Below are positions 9,945 to 20,271 of a stretch of DNA of 64,000 bases, one piece after another. Each line of letters opens with the position of its first letter. The stretch's first letter is position 1. Source of the DNA: Patescibacteria group bacterium (GTDB lineage Bacteria > Patescibacteriota > Patescibacteriia > GWA2-46-9); assembly GCA_041675205.1 (NCBI GenBank), contig JBAYUF010000002.1, positions 68,568-132,567 on the forward strand, read 5' to 3'. The notes beneath the pieces are model-generated. The model was not told the DNA's origin, ran no database searches, and saw only the letters and a program-made list of their open reading frames with translations. Made by a program: the position numbers and the translations under genes.

Positions 9945-10337
9945 ATGCTCGACAAGAAAGCGAAAGACCGAATTATTAAAAAGTTTCGTACCCATGAGTC
10001 TGATACGGGCTCGAGTCAGGTGCAGATTGCAATACTGACGTCAGAGATTAAAGACCTGACGGATCACTTGAAGACGCACCGTAAAGATCACTCGTCTCGT
10101 CGAGGCCTATTAAAAAAAGTGGGAGAGCGTCGTCGATTATTGCGTTACCTTGAACATGAGGATCCGCAAGCTTTCGAGCAGCTCGTGAAGCAACTAAAAC
10201 TTAAAATTGCCAAGCGCTACGATCAAAAGACTATCGAGGCAGCTGAAGCAGCGCACGACGCTGAAGTAGAAGCCGAGGCAGAAGCTGAGGCTGAAGCCGA
10301 AGCAATGGCAAAAGATGCTGACGACGAAATAGACTAG
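9945..10337 (+). CDS. rpsO: ribosomal protein S15 with C-terminal acidic EA-repeat extension
   Basis: Core S15 (FRTHESDTGS ... HSSRRGLLKKVGERRRLLRYL) plus a roughly 40-aa tail ending AEVEAEAEAEAEAEAMAKDADDEID. Start taken at MLDKK. Confidence 0.85.
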   Translation: MLDKKAKDRIIKKFRTHESDTGSSQVQIAILTSEIKDLTDHLKTHRKDHSSRRGLLKKVGERRRLLRYLEHEDPQAFEQLVKQLKLKIAKRYDQKTIEAAEAAHDAEVEAEAEAEAEAEAMAKDADDEID

Positions 10338-10343
10338 ACATAG

Positions 10344-10895
10344 ATGATTAAACATAGTGAGCAGCGGGTTGGCGTCTTAGTAGACGTCGCCAACATGTAT
10401 CATTCAGCGAAAAATTTGTTTGGTAGCCGGTTGAACTTCAAGGCAATGTTAGACGCCGCGGTGGGTGGGCGACGCTTGACGCGTGCCATTGCCTACGCGA
10501 TTAAGTCTGATTCAGAAGAAGAGGTTTCTTTTTTTGAAGCTTTGGACAAATCGGGATTCGAAGTGAAAACGAAAGATCTGCAGATTTTTTCTAGCGGCGC
10601 TAAGAAAGCTGACTGGGATGTTGGTATCGCTATTGATGCGGTGACGTTGGCGTCGAAAGTTGATGTCATCGTTCTCGTTACTGGTGACGGAGATTTCATT
10701 CCGCTCGTTGAGTATCTACAGATGCGAGGGCTACTGGTTGAAGCCATTGGTTTCGGCGAAACGACATCGGGCGGCCTAAAAGCTGCGGTGGACGATTATA
10801 TAGATTTGTCGAGCGATAAACGGCAGTACCTCATGCGCTCGCGGTTAGCCATGAAAGCAAAAACAGATAGCAAAACAAAAACGGAGACGCCGTAA
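10344..10895 (+). CDS. NYN/LabA-like domain protein, putative ribonuclease
   Basis: VGVLVDVANMYHS ... VIVLVTGDGDFIPLVEYLQMRGLLVEAIGF matches the DUF88/NYN pattern. Located between rpsO and pnp. Confidence 0.65.
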   Translation: MIKHSEQRVGVLVDVANMYHSAKNLFGSRLNFKAMLDAAVGGRRLTRAIAYAIKSDSEEEVSFFEALDKSGFEVKTKDLQIFSSGAKKADWDVGIAIDAVTLASKVDVIVLVTGDGDFIPLVEYLQMRGLLVEAIGFGETTSGGLKAAVDDYIDLSSDKRQYLMRSRLAMKAKTDSKTKTETP

Positions 10896-11012
10896 TTTTA
10901 TTTATTACCGCACTGCGTATCATGAGCAGGTGGTAGCTACGCTAGTTTTCCGAAATAGTTCGGGCAACTCGTGTACCTACCACACGAATGACGCACAGTT
11001 GCGGATGAAAGA

Positions 11013-13214
11013 ATGTCTATGCAAGAAGCAGCAGTCGGCGCGACAATACGCCGCGAAGTAACCTGGGGCGGAAGAACGCTTCAGATTGAGTTTGGTAAAT
11101 TGGCGAAGCAGGCAACAGCCTCAGCCACGGTTCGCTATGGCGAGACCGTTGTGCTCGCCACAGTAGTGATGAGTCCAGACGTTCGTGAAGGAATGGAATA
11201 TTTTCCACTCACTGTCGAGTACGAAGAACGGTTTTACGCCGCAGGTAAAATTAAAGGGTCACGCTTCATTAAACGAGAAGGCCGACCATCAGACGAAGCG
11301 ACGTTAACAGCTCGTTTAGTTGACCGTTCAATTCGGCCGCTGTTTGACGACCGCATGCGAAACGACATCCAAGTCGTGGTGACGGTGCTTTCTTTTGATG
11401 GAGAGAACGACCCGAGTATTCCTGCATTAGTTGGTTCTTCGTTAGTACTCGCGCTTTCACCCATTCCTTGGGCTGGTCCCTTAGCAGGCATTCGTGTTGG
11501 TCGGGTGAATGGGCAGTGGATTGCAAATCCAACGATTAAAGAATTAGAAGAGAGCGACGTTGACCTCGTCGTTGCTGGAACACGCGACCGCGTGACAATG
11601 ATTGAGGCTGGCGCCAAGGAAATTACCGAAGATGATTTTTTTGCCGGTATCAATTTTGGTCAAGCACAACTGCTTCCAGCCCTAGAGTTGATAAACGAAC
11701 TAACTGCAAGTCATGCGGTTGAAAAGATTGACGTTGCCGCGTTGCTGGCTGATGAGGCGGTTTTGGAGCCAGAACTTGCCGAACGAGTACGCACCTGGAG
11801 CAGGGCGGAGATTCGTAGCCGATTCTTTAGCGACAAAACAGCAACGAAACGAAATCGTAAAGAAGTACTCGCTACTATAAAGGATGAACTGGAGGCGCAG
11901 CTCGTGACGGATCAAATTGGCAAAGAGCGTCGGGCTGTTGCCAAAGCGTTATTCTACGAAATTGTCGAAGAAGAAATTACCCGAGCGGCTATTGAGGATA
12001 AGCGTCGAGTCGATGGGCGCGCGCTCGACGAGATTCGACCGCTTTCCGTCGAGGTTGGACTACTACCACGCACACACGGTTCAGGTTTGTTCAATCGCGG
12101 TGAGACGCAAGTACTTTCAGTGGTAACGCTTGGTTCACCGGGTGACGAACAGATACTCGATACGATGTCGCTTAACACAAAGAAGCGTTATCTTCACTTC
12201 TATAACTTCCCACCGTTCTCGGTTGGCGAGGCTGGACGAATGTCAGGACCAAAGCGTCGTGAAATTGGTCATGGTGCACTGGCTGAGAAAGCACTCATTC
12301 CAGTACTTCCAACAAAAGAAATATTCCCGTACACGACGTTAGTCGTCTCGGAAGTTTTGGGTTCCAATGGTTCCTCATCGATGGGTTCAGTGTGTGGTTC
12401 GACGTTGGCGTTAATGGATGCCGGCGTACCACTCACCGCACCAGTGGCTGGGGTGGCTATGGGTCTTGCCTCAGACGAGGCTGGTCGCTATGTCATTTTG
12501 ACTGACCTGCAAGATTTAGAAGATGGAAAAGGCGGCATGGATTTTAAAGTGGCAGGATCAAAAAATGGAATCACTGCCGTGCAGATGGATACAAAGACAA
12601 ACGGACTGACAAGCGCAATGATTGAAGAGACGTTGACCGCCGCACGCATTGGCAGAATGAAGATACTCGATGTCATGACGAACGTCATCGCGGCGCCTCG
12701 AAGCGAAATGTCGGCGCATGCCCCGCGCATCATTACTGTTAAAATTAATCCGGAACGCATTCGCGACCTTATTGGTCCCGGCGGAAAGATGATTAATGAA
12801 ATTATCGACAAGACGGGCGTCACCATTGATGTTGAGCAAGACGGCACGGTCTTTATCGCTTCCCCAAATGCCGACGGCCTAGAGCAGGCGGTAACGTGGG
12901 TAAAGAATTTAACGCGAGATGTTGTGGCTGGGGAATTCTATGAAGGGAAAGTAACGCGACTCATGGACTTCGGTGCCTTCGTAGAAATCCTTCCAAAGAA
13001 GGAAGGGCTAGTGCACATTTCAGAGATGGCGCCGTACCGAGTAAATAAAGTTGAAGACATTCTTTCGGTTGGGAAAGACGTGCGGGTTAAGGTCATTGAA
13101 ATTGATGAGCTTGGCCGCACTAATCTTTCGTTGAAGCAAGCGAATCCGCCAGAGTGGTTTCCACCAGCGCCAGCAGGGAGCGACGCACCGCGTGACAAAC
13201 GTCGCGATAGTTAA
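11013..13214 (+). CDS. pnp: polyribonucleotide nucleotidyltransferase
   Basis: 733 aa: two RNase PH domains, then a KH domain (IGPGGKMINEI), then a C-terminal S1 domain. Confidence 0.9.
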   Translation: MSMQEAAVGATIRREVTWGGRTLQIEFGKLAKQATASATVRYGETVVLATVVMSPDVREGMEYFPLTVEYEERFYAAGKIKGSRFIKREGRPSDEATLTARLVDRSIRPLFDDRMRNDIQVVVTVLSFDGENDPSIPALVGSSLVLALSPIPWAGPLAGIRVGRVNGQWIANPTIKELEESDVDLVVAGTRDRVTMIEAGAKEITEDDFFAGINFGQAQLLPALELINELTASHAVEKIDVAALLADEAVLEPELAERVRTWSRAEIRSRFFSDKTATKRNRKEVLATIKDELEAQLVTDQIGKERRAVAKALFYEIVEEEITRAAIEDKRRVDGRALDEIRPLSVEVGLLPRTHGSGLFNRGETQVLSVVTLGSPGDEQILDTMSLNTKKRYLHFYNFPPFSVGEAGRMSGPKRREIGHGALAEKALIPVLPTKEIFPYTTLVVSEVLGSNGSSSMGSVCGSTLALMDAGVPLTAPVAGVAMGLASDEAGRYVILTDLQDLEDGKGGMDFKVAGSKNGITAVQMDTKTNGLTSAMIEETLTAARIGRMKILDVMTNVIAAPRSEMSAHAPRIITVKINPERIRDLIGPGGKMINEIIDKTGVTIDVEQDGTVFIASPNADGLEQAVTWVKNLTRDVVAGEFYEGKVTRLMDFGAFVEILPKKEGLVHISEMAPYRVNKVEDILSVGKDVRVKVIEIDELGRTNLSLKQANPPEWFPPAPAGSDAPRDKRRDS

Positions 13215-13240
13215 TTAGAGAAGGTAGCGTGAACAAAAAG

Positions 13241-13267
13241 CCACCCTCCCCATAGCGGGGAGGGTGG
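13241..13267 (+). terminator. GC-rich hairpin after pnp
   Basis: CCACCCTCCCC-ATAGC-GGGGAGGGTGG. The U-tract is weak (TGTGG). Confidence 0.5.
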
Positions 13268-13779
13268 TGTGGATAAGGTTGGGTATAACTTGGGATTCAT
13301 TTGCGACTAACTATTCCTCATCAGGCCAAACAATAGTATTTTGTTCGTAAAAGTAAGGTTGTTTTGTCGGCTGTTTCATGCTATACTATGTTCAGTTCAT
13401 TAAAAGAATAAACAAAGAGCAAAGGAGCTGTGGTCCGAATATTGTTTCGGTACACTGCTCCCCCTACTACACCGAAAAGGTGCGATACAAACACCCGTCT
13501 GCGCACCTGAACCAACAAAAATAAAAAGCCCTCAATCAATGAGGAAAAGGTGATCACTCGTGTTCGCAATGTCGACCGAGTTACACCACTAAGGTCGGTA
13601 GCGGGGTGCTCTTACGTTTATGACGGGGAAACGCCTTCGGGTTATTAGCCAAAAATTTTCACTACTGCCACCGGCGGTTATGAAATGGGCTACGAACCCG
13701 CGAGAGGCGCATCACGCCACATTATTACATAGGGCGCTCGATGCGCCTCTTCACATTTCCGGATGATTTTAGCTTCCTG

Positions 13780-13808
13780 TTGCTCTCTTGCAAGCAGTGC
13801 CGTATACT
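13780..13808 (+). promoter_or_regulatory. candidate promoter for the DksA-like gene
   Basis: TTGCTC, 17-nt spacer, TATACT. Confidence 0.4.
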
Positions 13809-13841
13809 CTCGTTTGCCCGTGTGGGCATTTCATATTTTTT

Positions 13842-14207
13842 ATGGACAGTACGACTACAGAGCCAATTCGCCAGAAGCTGCTCGACAAAGAGGCCACGTT
13901 AAAGAAGGAGCTTCTAGACGTTGCTGATAAAGGTGTTGGTGGAAAGTACGAGGCAAATTTTCCTGATTACGGAAACGATGAAGACGAAAATAGCGCTGAG
14001 GTCGCTACCTTCACAGATAATCTTTCGGTTGAGCATGAGTTGACGAGTACACTTCGTGACATTCGTTCTGCGCTCCTCCGTCTAGACGACGGCACCTATG
14101 GTGTTTGCAAATATTGCGGGAAGCAGATTGATGAGAAACGACTCTTGGCACGACCGTGGTCAAGTTCATGTATAAGCTGCAAGGAAGAAATTAAGAGTCG
14201 AATGTAA
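13842..14207 (+). CDS. DksA/TraR-family C4 zinc-finger protein
   Basis: C-terminal CKYCGKQIDEKRLLARPWSSSCISC. Start taken at MDSTTTEP. Confidence 0.65.
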   Translation: MDSTTTEPIRQKLLDKEATLKKELLDVADKGVGGKYEANFPDYGNDEDENSAEVATFTDNLSVEHELTSTLRDIRSALLRLDDGTYGVCKYCGKQIDEKRLLARPWSSSCISCKEEIKSRM

Positions 14208-14220
14208 GTAGGAAAAAAGT

Positions 14221-14688
14221 GTGTTGACGCTGCTTGCTGTTATTGCCTTAACTGTTATTGACCGCGTCATTAAAACGTTTGCTTTCGACGCCGCAACGCC
14301 GCAGCCGATTATCGGCGCGGCGTTGTCGTTTCATCCGGCCGTGAATCCACTTGGTCCGTTTGGGATACCAATGACGAATAGTTGGGTGCTGGCTCTTGGC
14401 GGTATTGCCATCGGCATGTTTAGTATTGTGGTGCTTCATGGTACTGCGCGACCGTATCGTTTTGGCGCAGTGCTCGTGCTCATTGGTGGCGCTTCAAACC
14501 TGCTCGATCGTTTTCGTTATGGGTATGTTATTGATACGTTTCGTTTTTCACCCGGTCTAATTTTTAATACGGCGGACCTGTACATTGTGTTTGGGGTTTT
14601 CATTATCGTGGGGATGTATATTCGTGAGTGGAGAAATGAGCACCTATATGGCAGCACGAGTGTTCTCAGCAGCGACCGTCGGTCTTGA
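14221..14688 (+). CDS. lspA: lipoprotein signal peptidase II
   Basis: IGGASNLLDRFRYGYVIDTF ... IFNTADLYIVFG. GTG start. Confidence 0.8.
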   Translation: MLTLLAVIALTVIDRVIKTFAFDAATPQPIIGAALSFHPAVNPLGPFGIPMTNSWVLALGGIAIGMFSIVVLHGTARPYRFGAVLVLIGGASNLLDRFRYGYVIDTFRFSPGLIFNTADLYIVFGVFIIVGMYIREWRNEHLYGSTSVLSSDRRS

Positions 14689-16165
14689 TGCGGTAACCGT
14701 TGCCGTTGAGGCAGACGTCGGTCGCTCGTTACCGAGCGTCCTCATTGTTGGACTACCAGACACAGCGGTACAAGAGGCTCGAGAACGGGTGCGGTCTGCG
14801 GTGAAGCACAGCGGACTTCCCTTCCCCACAACTCGGGTGACTGTTAATCTGGCGCCGGGTGGCGTAAAGAAAGAAGGGCCACTCTATGACCTACCTATTG
14901 CGCTTGCCATATTGCTCGCGAGCGGCGTGGTTACGCCACAGCGGCCAATCGACAAGGTTATGTTTTTGGGTGAGTTGGCGTTAGACGGAACACTTCGTCC
15001 AGTGCGGGGCGTGCTGACGGCGGCGCTCCGGGCCAGAGCCGACGGGTTCACTGCAATTATTGTGCCTGTGCAGAATGGACCAGAAGCGGCGCTAGTAAAA
15101 GGGTTAACCGTATTTGGGGCGCCGTCACTTGCGGCCGTACTGTCGCACTGTTTATTAGAGCAGGAGCTACCTCGAGCGGTGGCTACGCAAATACCTGATA
15201 CGTACACAGAACCAGATGATGACTTTCAAAAAATTGTTGGGCAGCAGTTTGCTAAGCGGGCCTTGGAAATTGCCGCGGCTGGTGGTCATAATATTCGCTT
15301 GATTGGTCCACCGGGGGCTGGAAAGACGTTACTAGCGAAAGCCTTGGCCAGCATCCTGCCTCCTTTAACAGAAGACGAAGTGCTTGAGGTAACGAATATT
15401 TACTCGGTCAGTGGATTACTCGAAACTGCCTGCGTGAGAGAACGGCCGTTTCGTAATCCCCACCACACGGCTTCGCCCGTTGCCTTGGTGGGTGGCGGCA
15501 GCCCGGCGAAACCTGGAGAAGTATCTCTTTCGCATCGAGGCGTTCTTTTTTTAGATGAATTTCCAGAATTTCCAAGAAGCGTTCTTGAAACACTTCGACA
15601 GCCGTTGGAAGACGGTCGCATTGTTGTGGCTCGTGCTGCTGGCACGGTTGTCTTTCCGGCTCGATTTGTTTTGGTCACCGCAGAGAATCCATGCCCTTGC
15701 GGCTATGCGACTGATTCGGAGCGCCGGTGTACGTGCTCATCAGCCGTGCTCAATAAATACCGACAGCGCCTGTCCGGTCCACTTATTGATAGAATTGATT
15801 TACATGTTCACGTGCCGCGAGTTCCAATTGTTGCTCTACAAACGGATGGTCGGATAGCCGAGTCGTCGTTTACAGTTCGAGAGCGAGTGCGCGAGGCACG
15901 TGTTTTACAAGAAGCCCGTCGGGTAGAGACAAACGCTTTAACGAATGCGGAACTATCAAGCGATCAAATTCGTCAGCATGGTAAATTAACGGCGGCCGCG
16001 GAGCAGTTGCTGGGTGTGGCAGCGGAACGGTTAGGCTTTTCGGCTCGTAGCTTTTATAGGGTTATGAAAGTTAGTCGCACTATCGCTGACTTGGCAAAGT
16101 CTGCAACTGTCGAAGAGGCGCATATTGCTGAAGCATTGCAGTACCGTGGCGAAGAAGCCGCTTAG
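14636..16165 (+). CDS. comM: YifB/ComM family Mg-chelatase-like AAA+ ATPase
   Basis: N-terminal Lon-like domain, Walker A GPPGAGKT, and ChlI-like C-terminus. Start taken at MSTYMAARV. Overlaps the lspA 3' end. Confidence 0.8.
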   Translation: MSTYMAARVFSAATVGLDAVTVAVEADVGRSLPSVLIVGLPDTAVQEARERVRSAVKHSGLPFPTTRVTVNLAPGGVKKEGPLYDLPIALAILLASGVVTPQRPIDKVMFLGELALDGTLRPVRGVLTAALRARADGFTAIIVPVQNGPEAALVKGLTVFGAPSLAAVLSHCLLEQELPRAVATQIPDTYTEPDDDFQKIVGQQFAKRALEIAAAGGHNIRLIGPPGAGKTLLAKALASILPPLTEDEVLEVTNIYSVSGLLETACVRERPFRNPHHTASPVALVGGGSPAKPGEVSLSHRGVLFLDEFPEFPRSVLETLRQPLEDGRIVVARAAGTVVFPARFVLVTAENPCPCGYATDSERRCTCSSAVLNKYRQRLSGPLIDRIDLHVHVPRVPIVALQTDGRIAESSFTVRERVREARVLQEARRVETNALTNAELSSDQIRQHGKLTAAAEQLLGVAAERLGFSARSFYRVMKVSRTIADLAKSATVEEAHIAEALQYRGEEAA

Positions 16166-16213
16166 CGAACGCAGCGACCGTGGTATACTTTTAGACAATC
16201 AAACACTTTCTCA

Positions 16214-18385
16214 ATGGCAAAACGAACCCGTCGACAGGAACGTCGACACACAACAAGAGGCCCCTTACTATCTGCTGAAACAGCGGCTAATTTGTGGCTA
16301 CTCGTACTTCTGGCGGTGGCTGGGGTGAGTGTCCTGGCGCTCCTTGGTATCGCCGGTCCATTTGGTATGTTTTGGCAGCGGACGCTAGCCATACTGTTTG
16401 GTTGGACGGCTTGGTTGTTCCCCGCATTTTTATTGGTACTCATCGCCCTTCGCATTCGACCGTTCCATGGTCGGCGGTCGAGTGTAGTACTTTTTGGGGT
16501 GGGCCTTTTTATCCTTTCGTTCGCTGGACTGGTTGATACGTTGATTCCCCTTGATCCAGCGCTTCGGGCAACCGTGGCTGGTGAGGGTGGTGGGTATATT
16601 GGTCTTTTTTTACGTTCGCCGCTCGAAACCATTTTAGGTGCGTGGGGTGCTATTTTTGTTCTCTTGGTTCTTCTTTCCGCTGCGGTCGTTATTACCCTTG
16701 AAATTACGTTGGCCCATATCGCAGAATCATTTGGTGCAGGCATGTCCGCGATAGTCGATTTTTTTGCTGGTGTGCTGCGAGGTTTCCGTCGGCCAATACC
16801 CACAACAACAGTAGCGACCACTGAACGGACACCGTCATTTACGACAGCCGTCGTGAGTCATCCAGAGGAGCCAGACGAAGACCAAGTGAAGGAGGCGGCC
16901 GAAGCTGTTCTGCCTGGGCTGACAGCGACTCGTCGGCCGTATAAAGCTATCCCGATTGATTTACCACTAGACCTCTTGAAGCCAAGTTCTGGGAAGCCAA
17001 CCAGCGGCGACATCAATGCGAATCGGGATATTATTAAGCAGACACTGGGTAGTTTTGGCATTGCAGTTGAAATGGGTGAAATTAGTGTTGGGCCAACGGT
17101 CACGCAGTACACACTGAAGCCTGATCAGGGCGTGAAATTGGCCGCTATCACAACGCTCTCTAACGATTTATCCCTCGCGCTGGCGGCTCATCCTATTCGT
17201 ATTGAGGCGCCAATTCCAGGTCGGTCGTTAGTCGGCATTGAGGTCCCAAACAAAGCAGTGGCTCGCGTGCAATTACGAGAAGTCTTAGAGGGTGAGGGTT
17301 TCCAAAAGCGAACATCGAATCTTGCCTTGGCCCTTGGTAAGGATGTCAGCGGCGCTGCGTGGGTGGCTGACCTAGAACGAATGCCGCACCTCTTGGTGGC
17401 TGGTTCCACTGGCTCTGGAAAGTCAGTCGCGTTAAATGGGATTATTGTTTCGCTTCTGTATCAAAATAATCCAACAGATTTAAAATTTATTTTGGTTGAC
17501 CCGAAGCGAGTTGAGTTCGCGGTCTACCAGCACATGCCGCACTTATTGACGCCGATTATTACCGAATTGCCAGCCACAGTGAATGCTCTGAAGTGGTTGC
17601 TTGGTGAAATGGATCGACGGTTCACCGTGCTGGCAGCAGCGAGTCATCGCAATATTCAGTCGTACAATTTAAAAGAGAAAGAACGGATGCCGTATATTGT
17701 CGTCATCATAGACGAATTGGCAGATATCATGACTGCCGCTGCTTCAGAGGTGGAGTCAGCTATCATTCGGCTTTCACAAATGTCGCGGGCGGTGGGTATT
17801 CATCTTATTTTAGCAACGCAACGTCCGTCCGTTGACGTTATCACTGGACTCATCAAGGCGAACATTATCGCCCGCATCGCTTTCTCGGTTGCGTCCATAA
17901 CGGACTCTCGCACTATTCTTGACATGGCCGGCGCCGAAAAATTATTGGGTCGGGGAGATCTACTCTACGTTTCTGCTGAGGTGACAAAACCAAAACGATT
18001 GCAAGGTGCGTATTTGGCCGATGAAGAAATTGCCGATGTTGTGCGGTTCTTGAAAAACAACGCCACGCCGGAATATGTTGACGAGGTGGTAACGAAGCCG
18101 AGCGCCGGTGGCGGGGCATTTGATGGTGAACCAGATGACCCACTCTATCGTGAGGCTGAGTCGCTGGTGCTCACCACTCGTAAAGCTTCGGCCTCATACC
18201 TGCAGCGTCGGTTGAAAGTTGGATACGCCCGAGCGGCACGACTAATCGATATGATGGAAGCGCAAGGTGTGGTTGGGCCGGGGGATGGGGCGAAGCCTCG
18301 GGATGTGTTGCTGGCGGCTGAGGGAGATGATACTGTGGAGGATAGTATTGAAGAATCTACTGTTGATAATGACTACGACCAGTAG
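16214..18385 (+). CDS. ftsK: DNA translocase FtsK
   Basis: N-terminal TM helices, motor domain with GSTGSGKS, and a gamma winged-helix domain (YLQRRLKVGYARAARLIDMME). Confidence 0.85.
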   Translation: MAKRTRRQERRHTTRGPLLSAETAANLWLLVLLAVAGVSVLALLGIAGPFGMFWQRTLAILFGWTAWLFPAFLLVLIALRIRPFHGRRSSVVLFGVGLFILSFAGLVDTLIPLDPALRATVAGEGGGYIGLFLRSPLETILGAWGAIFVLLVLLSAAVVITLEITLAHIAESFGAGMSAIVDFFAGVLRGFRRPIPTTTVATTERTPSFTTAVVSHPEEPDEDQVKEAAEAVLPGLTATRRPYKAIPIDLPLDLLKPSSGKPTSGDINANRDIIKQTLGSFGIAVEMGEISVGPTVTQYTLKPDQGVKLAAITTLSNDLSLALAAHPIRIEAPIPGRSLVGIEVPNKAVARVQLREVLEGEGFQKRTSNLALALGKDVSGAAWVADLERMPHLLVAGSTGSGKSVALNGIIVSLLYQNNPTDLKFILVDPKRVEFAVYQHMPHLLTPIITELPATVNALKWLLGEMDRRFTVLAAASHRNIQSYNLKEKERMPYIVVIIDELADIMTAAASEVESAIIRLSQMSRAVGIHLILATQRPSVDVITGLIKANIIARIAFSVASITDSRTILDMAGAEKLLGRGDLLYVSAEVTKPKRLQGAYLADEEIADVVRFLKNNATPEYVDEVVTKPSAGGGAFDGEPDDPLYREAESLVLTTRKASASYLQRRLKVGYARAARLIDMMEAQGVVGPGDGAKPRDVLLAAEGDDTVEDSIEESTVDNDYDQ

Positions 18386-19124
18386 TGTCATGCCTCGTAT
18401 TGTAAGCTCGACGGGTACACCAGCGGTGTTCCGTCGGGTTGTTATTGCGGACGAAATTTCCATTGGCGGAACACTCAGAGCTGCTCGTGAAGCGTTGGGA
18501 TTCAGCATTGCCGAATGCTCCAGAGCAATTGTTGTTCCAGAGCGGTATCTTAAAGCTATCGAAGCCGAAGATTTTGAAGCCCTACCGGGCCTAGTGTATG
18601 AGAAGCACTTTATTACCCGCTATGCACAGTTACTCCACGTAACGGTTGAAACAACGGTGCTTGGTTGGGAAGAGCTTCGGGAAGAAGTGCCAACCAGAGA
18701 CCAACAGTTTGCTCAGCGAGTAGGCTGGAAAGACCTCATGAGCGGCCCAACCTTCTGGAGGCGAATCGGAGCCAGTACTGGTGCCTTGGCCTTGGTGCTT
18801 TACCTGGGAGCGCAACTCGTTACTATGGCGGCGCCACCGAAGCTGGCTATTATTGAGCCAACCGCGGGGGCCATTGTGACGACGGAAAATTTAATTATTG
18901 CCGGTAACGTTACTCAGGGCGCGCGGATTTCCATTAATGGGCAATCAATTATCGCTTCGCCAGACGGTCTTTTTACTGTTCCCGTTCGCCTAGGCCCAGG
19001 GCCAAACAGTATTCGCATTGTGGCTGAGAAGCGGTATGGCCGGCCGGCGATATTAGAGCGACAGGTGTACTACGCGGCGTCGAAAGAAGCCGCTGCAATT
19101 CCAAGCGAAAAGAATTCATTATAA
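18369..19124 (+). CDS. RodZ-like HTH membrane protein
   Basis: XRE-type HTH ([19 protein letters not shown]), one TM segment, and a C-terminal beta-rich domain. The start is uncertain; the ORF overlaps the ftsK 3' end. Confidence 0.5.
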   Translation: MTTTSSVMPRIVSSTGTPAVFRRVVIADEISIGGTLRAAREALGFSIAECSRAIVVPERYLKAIEAEDFEALPGLVYEKHFITRYAQLLHVTVETTVLGWEELREEVPTRDQQFAQRVGWKDLMSGPTFWRRIGASTGALALVLYLGAQLVTMAAPPKLAIIEPTAGAIVTTENLIIAGNVTQGARISINGQSIIASPDGLFTVPVRLGPGPNSIRIVAEKRYGRPAILERQVYYAASKEAAAIPSEKNSL

Positions 19125-19126
19125 TT

Positions 19127-20182
19127 ATGGCAAAAGCAAAACATACAAGTGGCGGGGACCATCGGGATAAAGCAGCCGCATCGGCGATTGCGCAGATCCA
19201 AGAGCGCTTTGGGGCGGGTTCAATTATGCGCTTCGGTGAAGCACAAACTATGGATATCGATGCAGTTTCAACTGGCTGTTTGTCGCTCGACTTGGCGCTC
19301 GGCGTTGGTGGTGTACCTCGGGGCCGCATCATTGAAATTTATGGTCCAGAAGCATCTGGTAAAACTACGTTGGCGCAACACATTGTGGCCGAGGTGCAAA
19401 AGGCTGGCGGTACCGCTGCCTTTATTGACGCTGAACACGCCTTGTCGCCGGAGTACGCCAAAAAAATTGGCGTGGACGTCGACAAGCTTTTTATTTCGCA
19501 GCCAGACAACGGCGAGCAAGCATTGGAAATTTTAGAAACACTTGTTCGTTCCAATGGTGTCGATGTTGTTGTTGTTGACTCGGTGGCGGCGTTAGTGCCA
19601 CGGGCAGAAATTGAGGGCGAAATGGGGGATTCTCACATGGGACTGCAGGCTCGGCTGATGAGCCAGGCACTCAGAAAACTGGCAGGTATAGTTTCAAAGA
19701 CGCAGACCGTCGTTATTTTCATCAACCAGATTCGAATGAAGATTGGTGTCTTTTTTGGTAATCCAGAAACGACCACCGGAGGCACGGCCCTGAAGTTTTA
19801 CTCGTCAGTGCGGATTGAAGTTCGCCGAGCGGCGCAGATTAAATCTGGAGAGAAGAATGTGGGAAACAGGGTAAAGGTGAAGATTGTGAAAAATAAAGTA
19901 GCCCCACCATTTCAGACCACCGAGTTTGATATTATGTATAACGAAGGCATTTCTGTGGCTGGGGACCTTATCGATACGGGGCTACTTTATGGTGCCGTTG
20001 AAAAAAATGGGAACAGTTACAGTGTGGGCGAAGAAAAGTTGGGTGTGGGTAGGGAGACCGCGCGGCAGTATCTGCGAGAGCACAAAGACACGATGAAGCG
20101 CATCCGGGAGATTGTTATGAAAAAAGTTGCGGAAGATAGGTTGGCCCAGAAACCATTGCCAGCGCCAGACAGCGAAGAATAA
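19127..20182 (+). CDS. recA: recombinase RecA
   Basis: Canonical RecA sequence ([11 protein letters not shown] ... [14 protein letters not shown]). Confidence 0.95.
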   Translation: MAKAKHTSGGDHRDKAAASAIAQIQERFGAGSIMRFGEAQTMDIDAVSTGCLSLDLALGVGGVPRGRIIEIYGPEASGKTTLAQHIVAEVQKAGGTAAFIDAEHALSPEYAKKIGVDVDKLFISQPDNGEQALEILETLVRSNGVDVVVVDSVAALVPRAEIEGEMGDSHMGLQARLMSQALRKLAGIVSKTQTVVIFINQIRMKIGVFFGNPETTTGGTALKFYSSVRIEVRRAAQIKSGEKNVGNRVKVKIVKNKVAPPFQTTEFDIMYNEGISVAGDLIDTGLLYGAVEKNGNSYSVGEEKLGVGRETARQYLREHKDTMKRIREIVMKKVAEDRLAQKPLPAPDSEE

Positions 20183-20203
20183 ATTTGTTAGCAAAACGAA
20201 CTC

Positions 20204-20243
20204 GACCCCGGCACCATGATTCTCATAGCGCCGGGGTCGACTT
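20204..20243. terminator. GC hairpin between the convergent recA and M15 peptidase genes
   Basis: CGACCCCGGC-17 nt-GCCGGGGTCG. Weak U-tract on the minus side. Confidence 0.4.
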
Positions 20244-20271
20244 GTAGTTACGCCGTCCTCCGAGGTGCGTT

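Noticed and set aside
13215-13841. RNase P RNA or tmRNA assignment
   Set aside because: I could not find the CR-I (GGAAAGTCCGGGC) or CR-V (ACAGAANNCGGCTTA) blocks, nor a tRNA-like CCA 3' end or a tag-peptide ORF. Kept only as an unclassified structured region.
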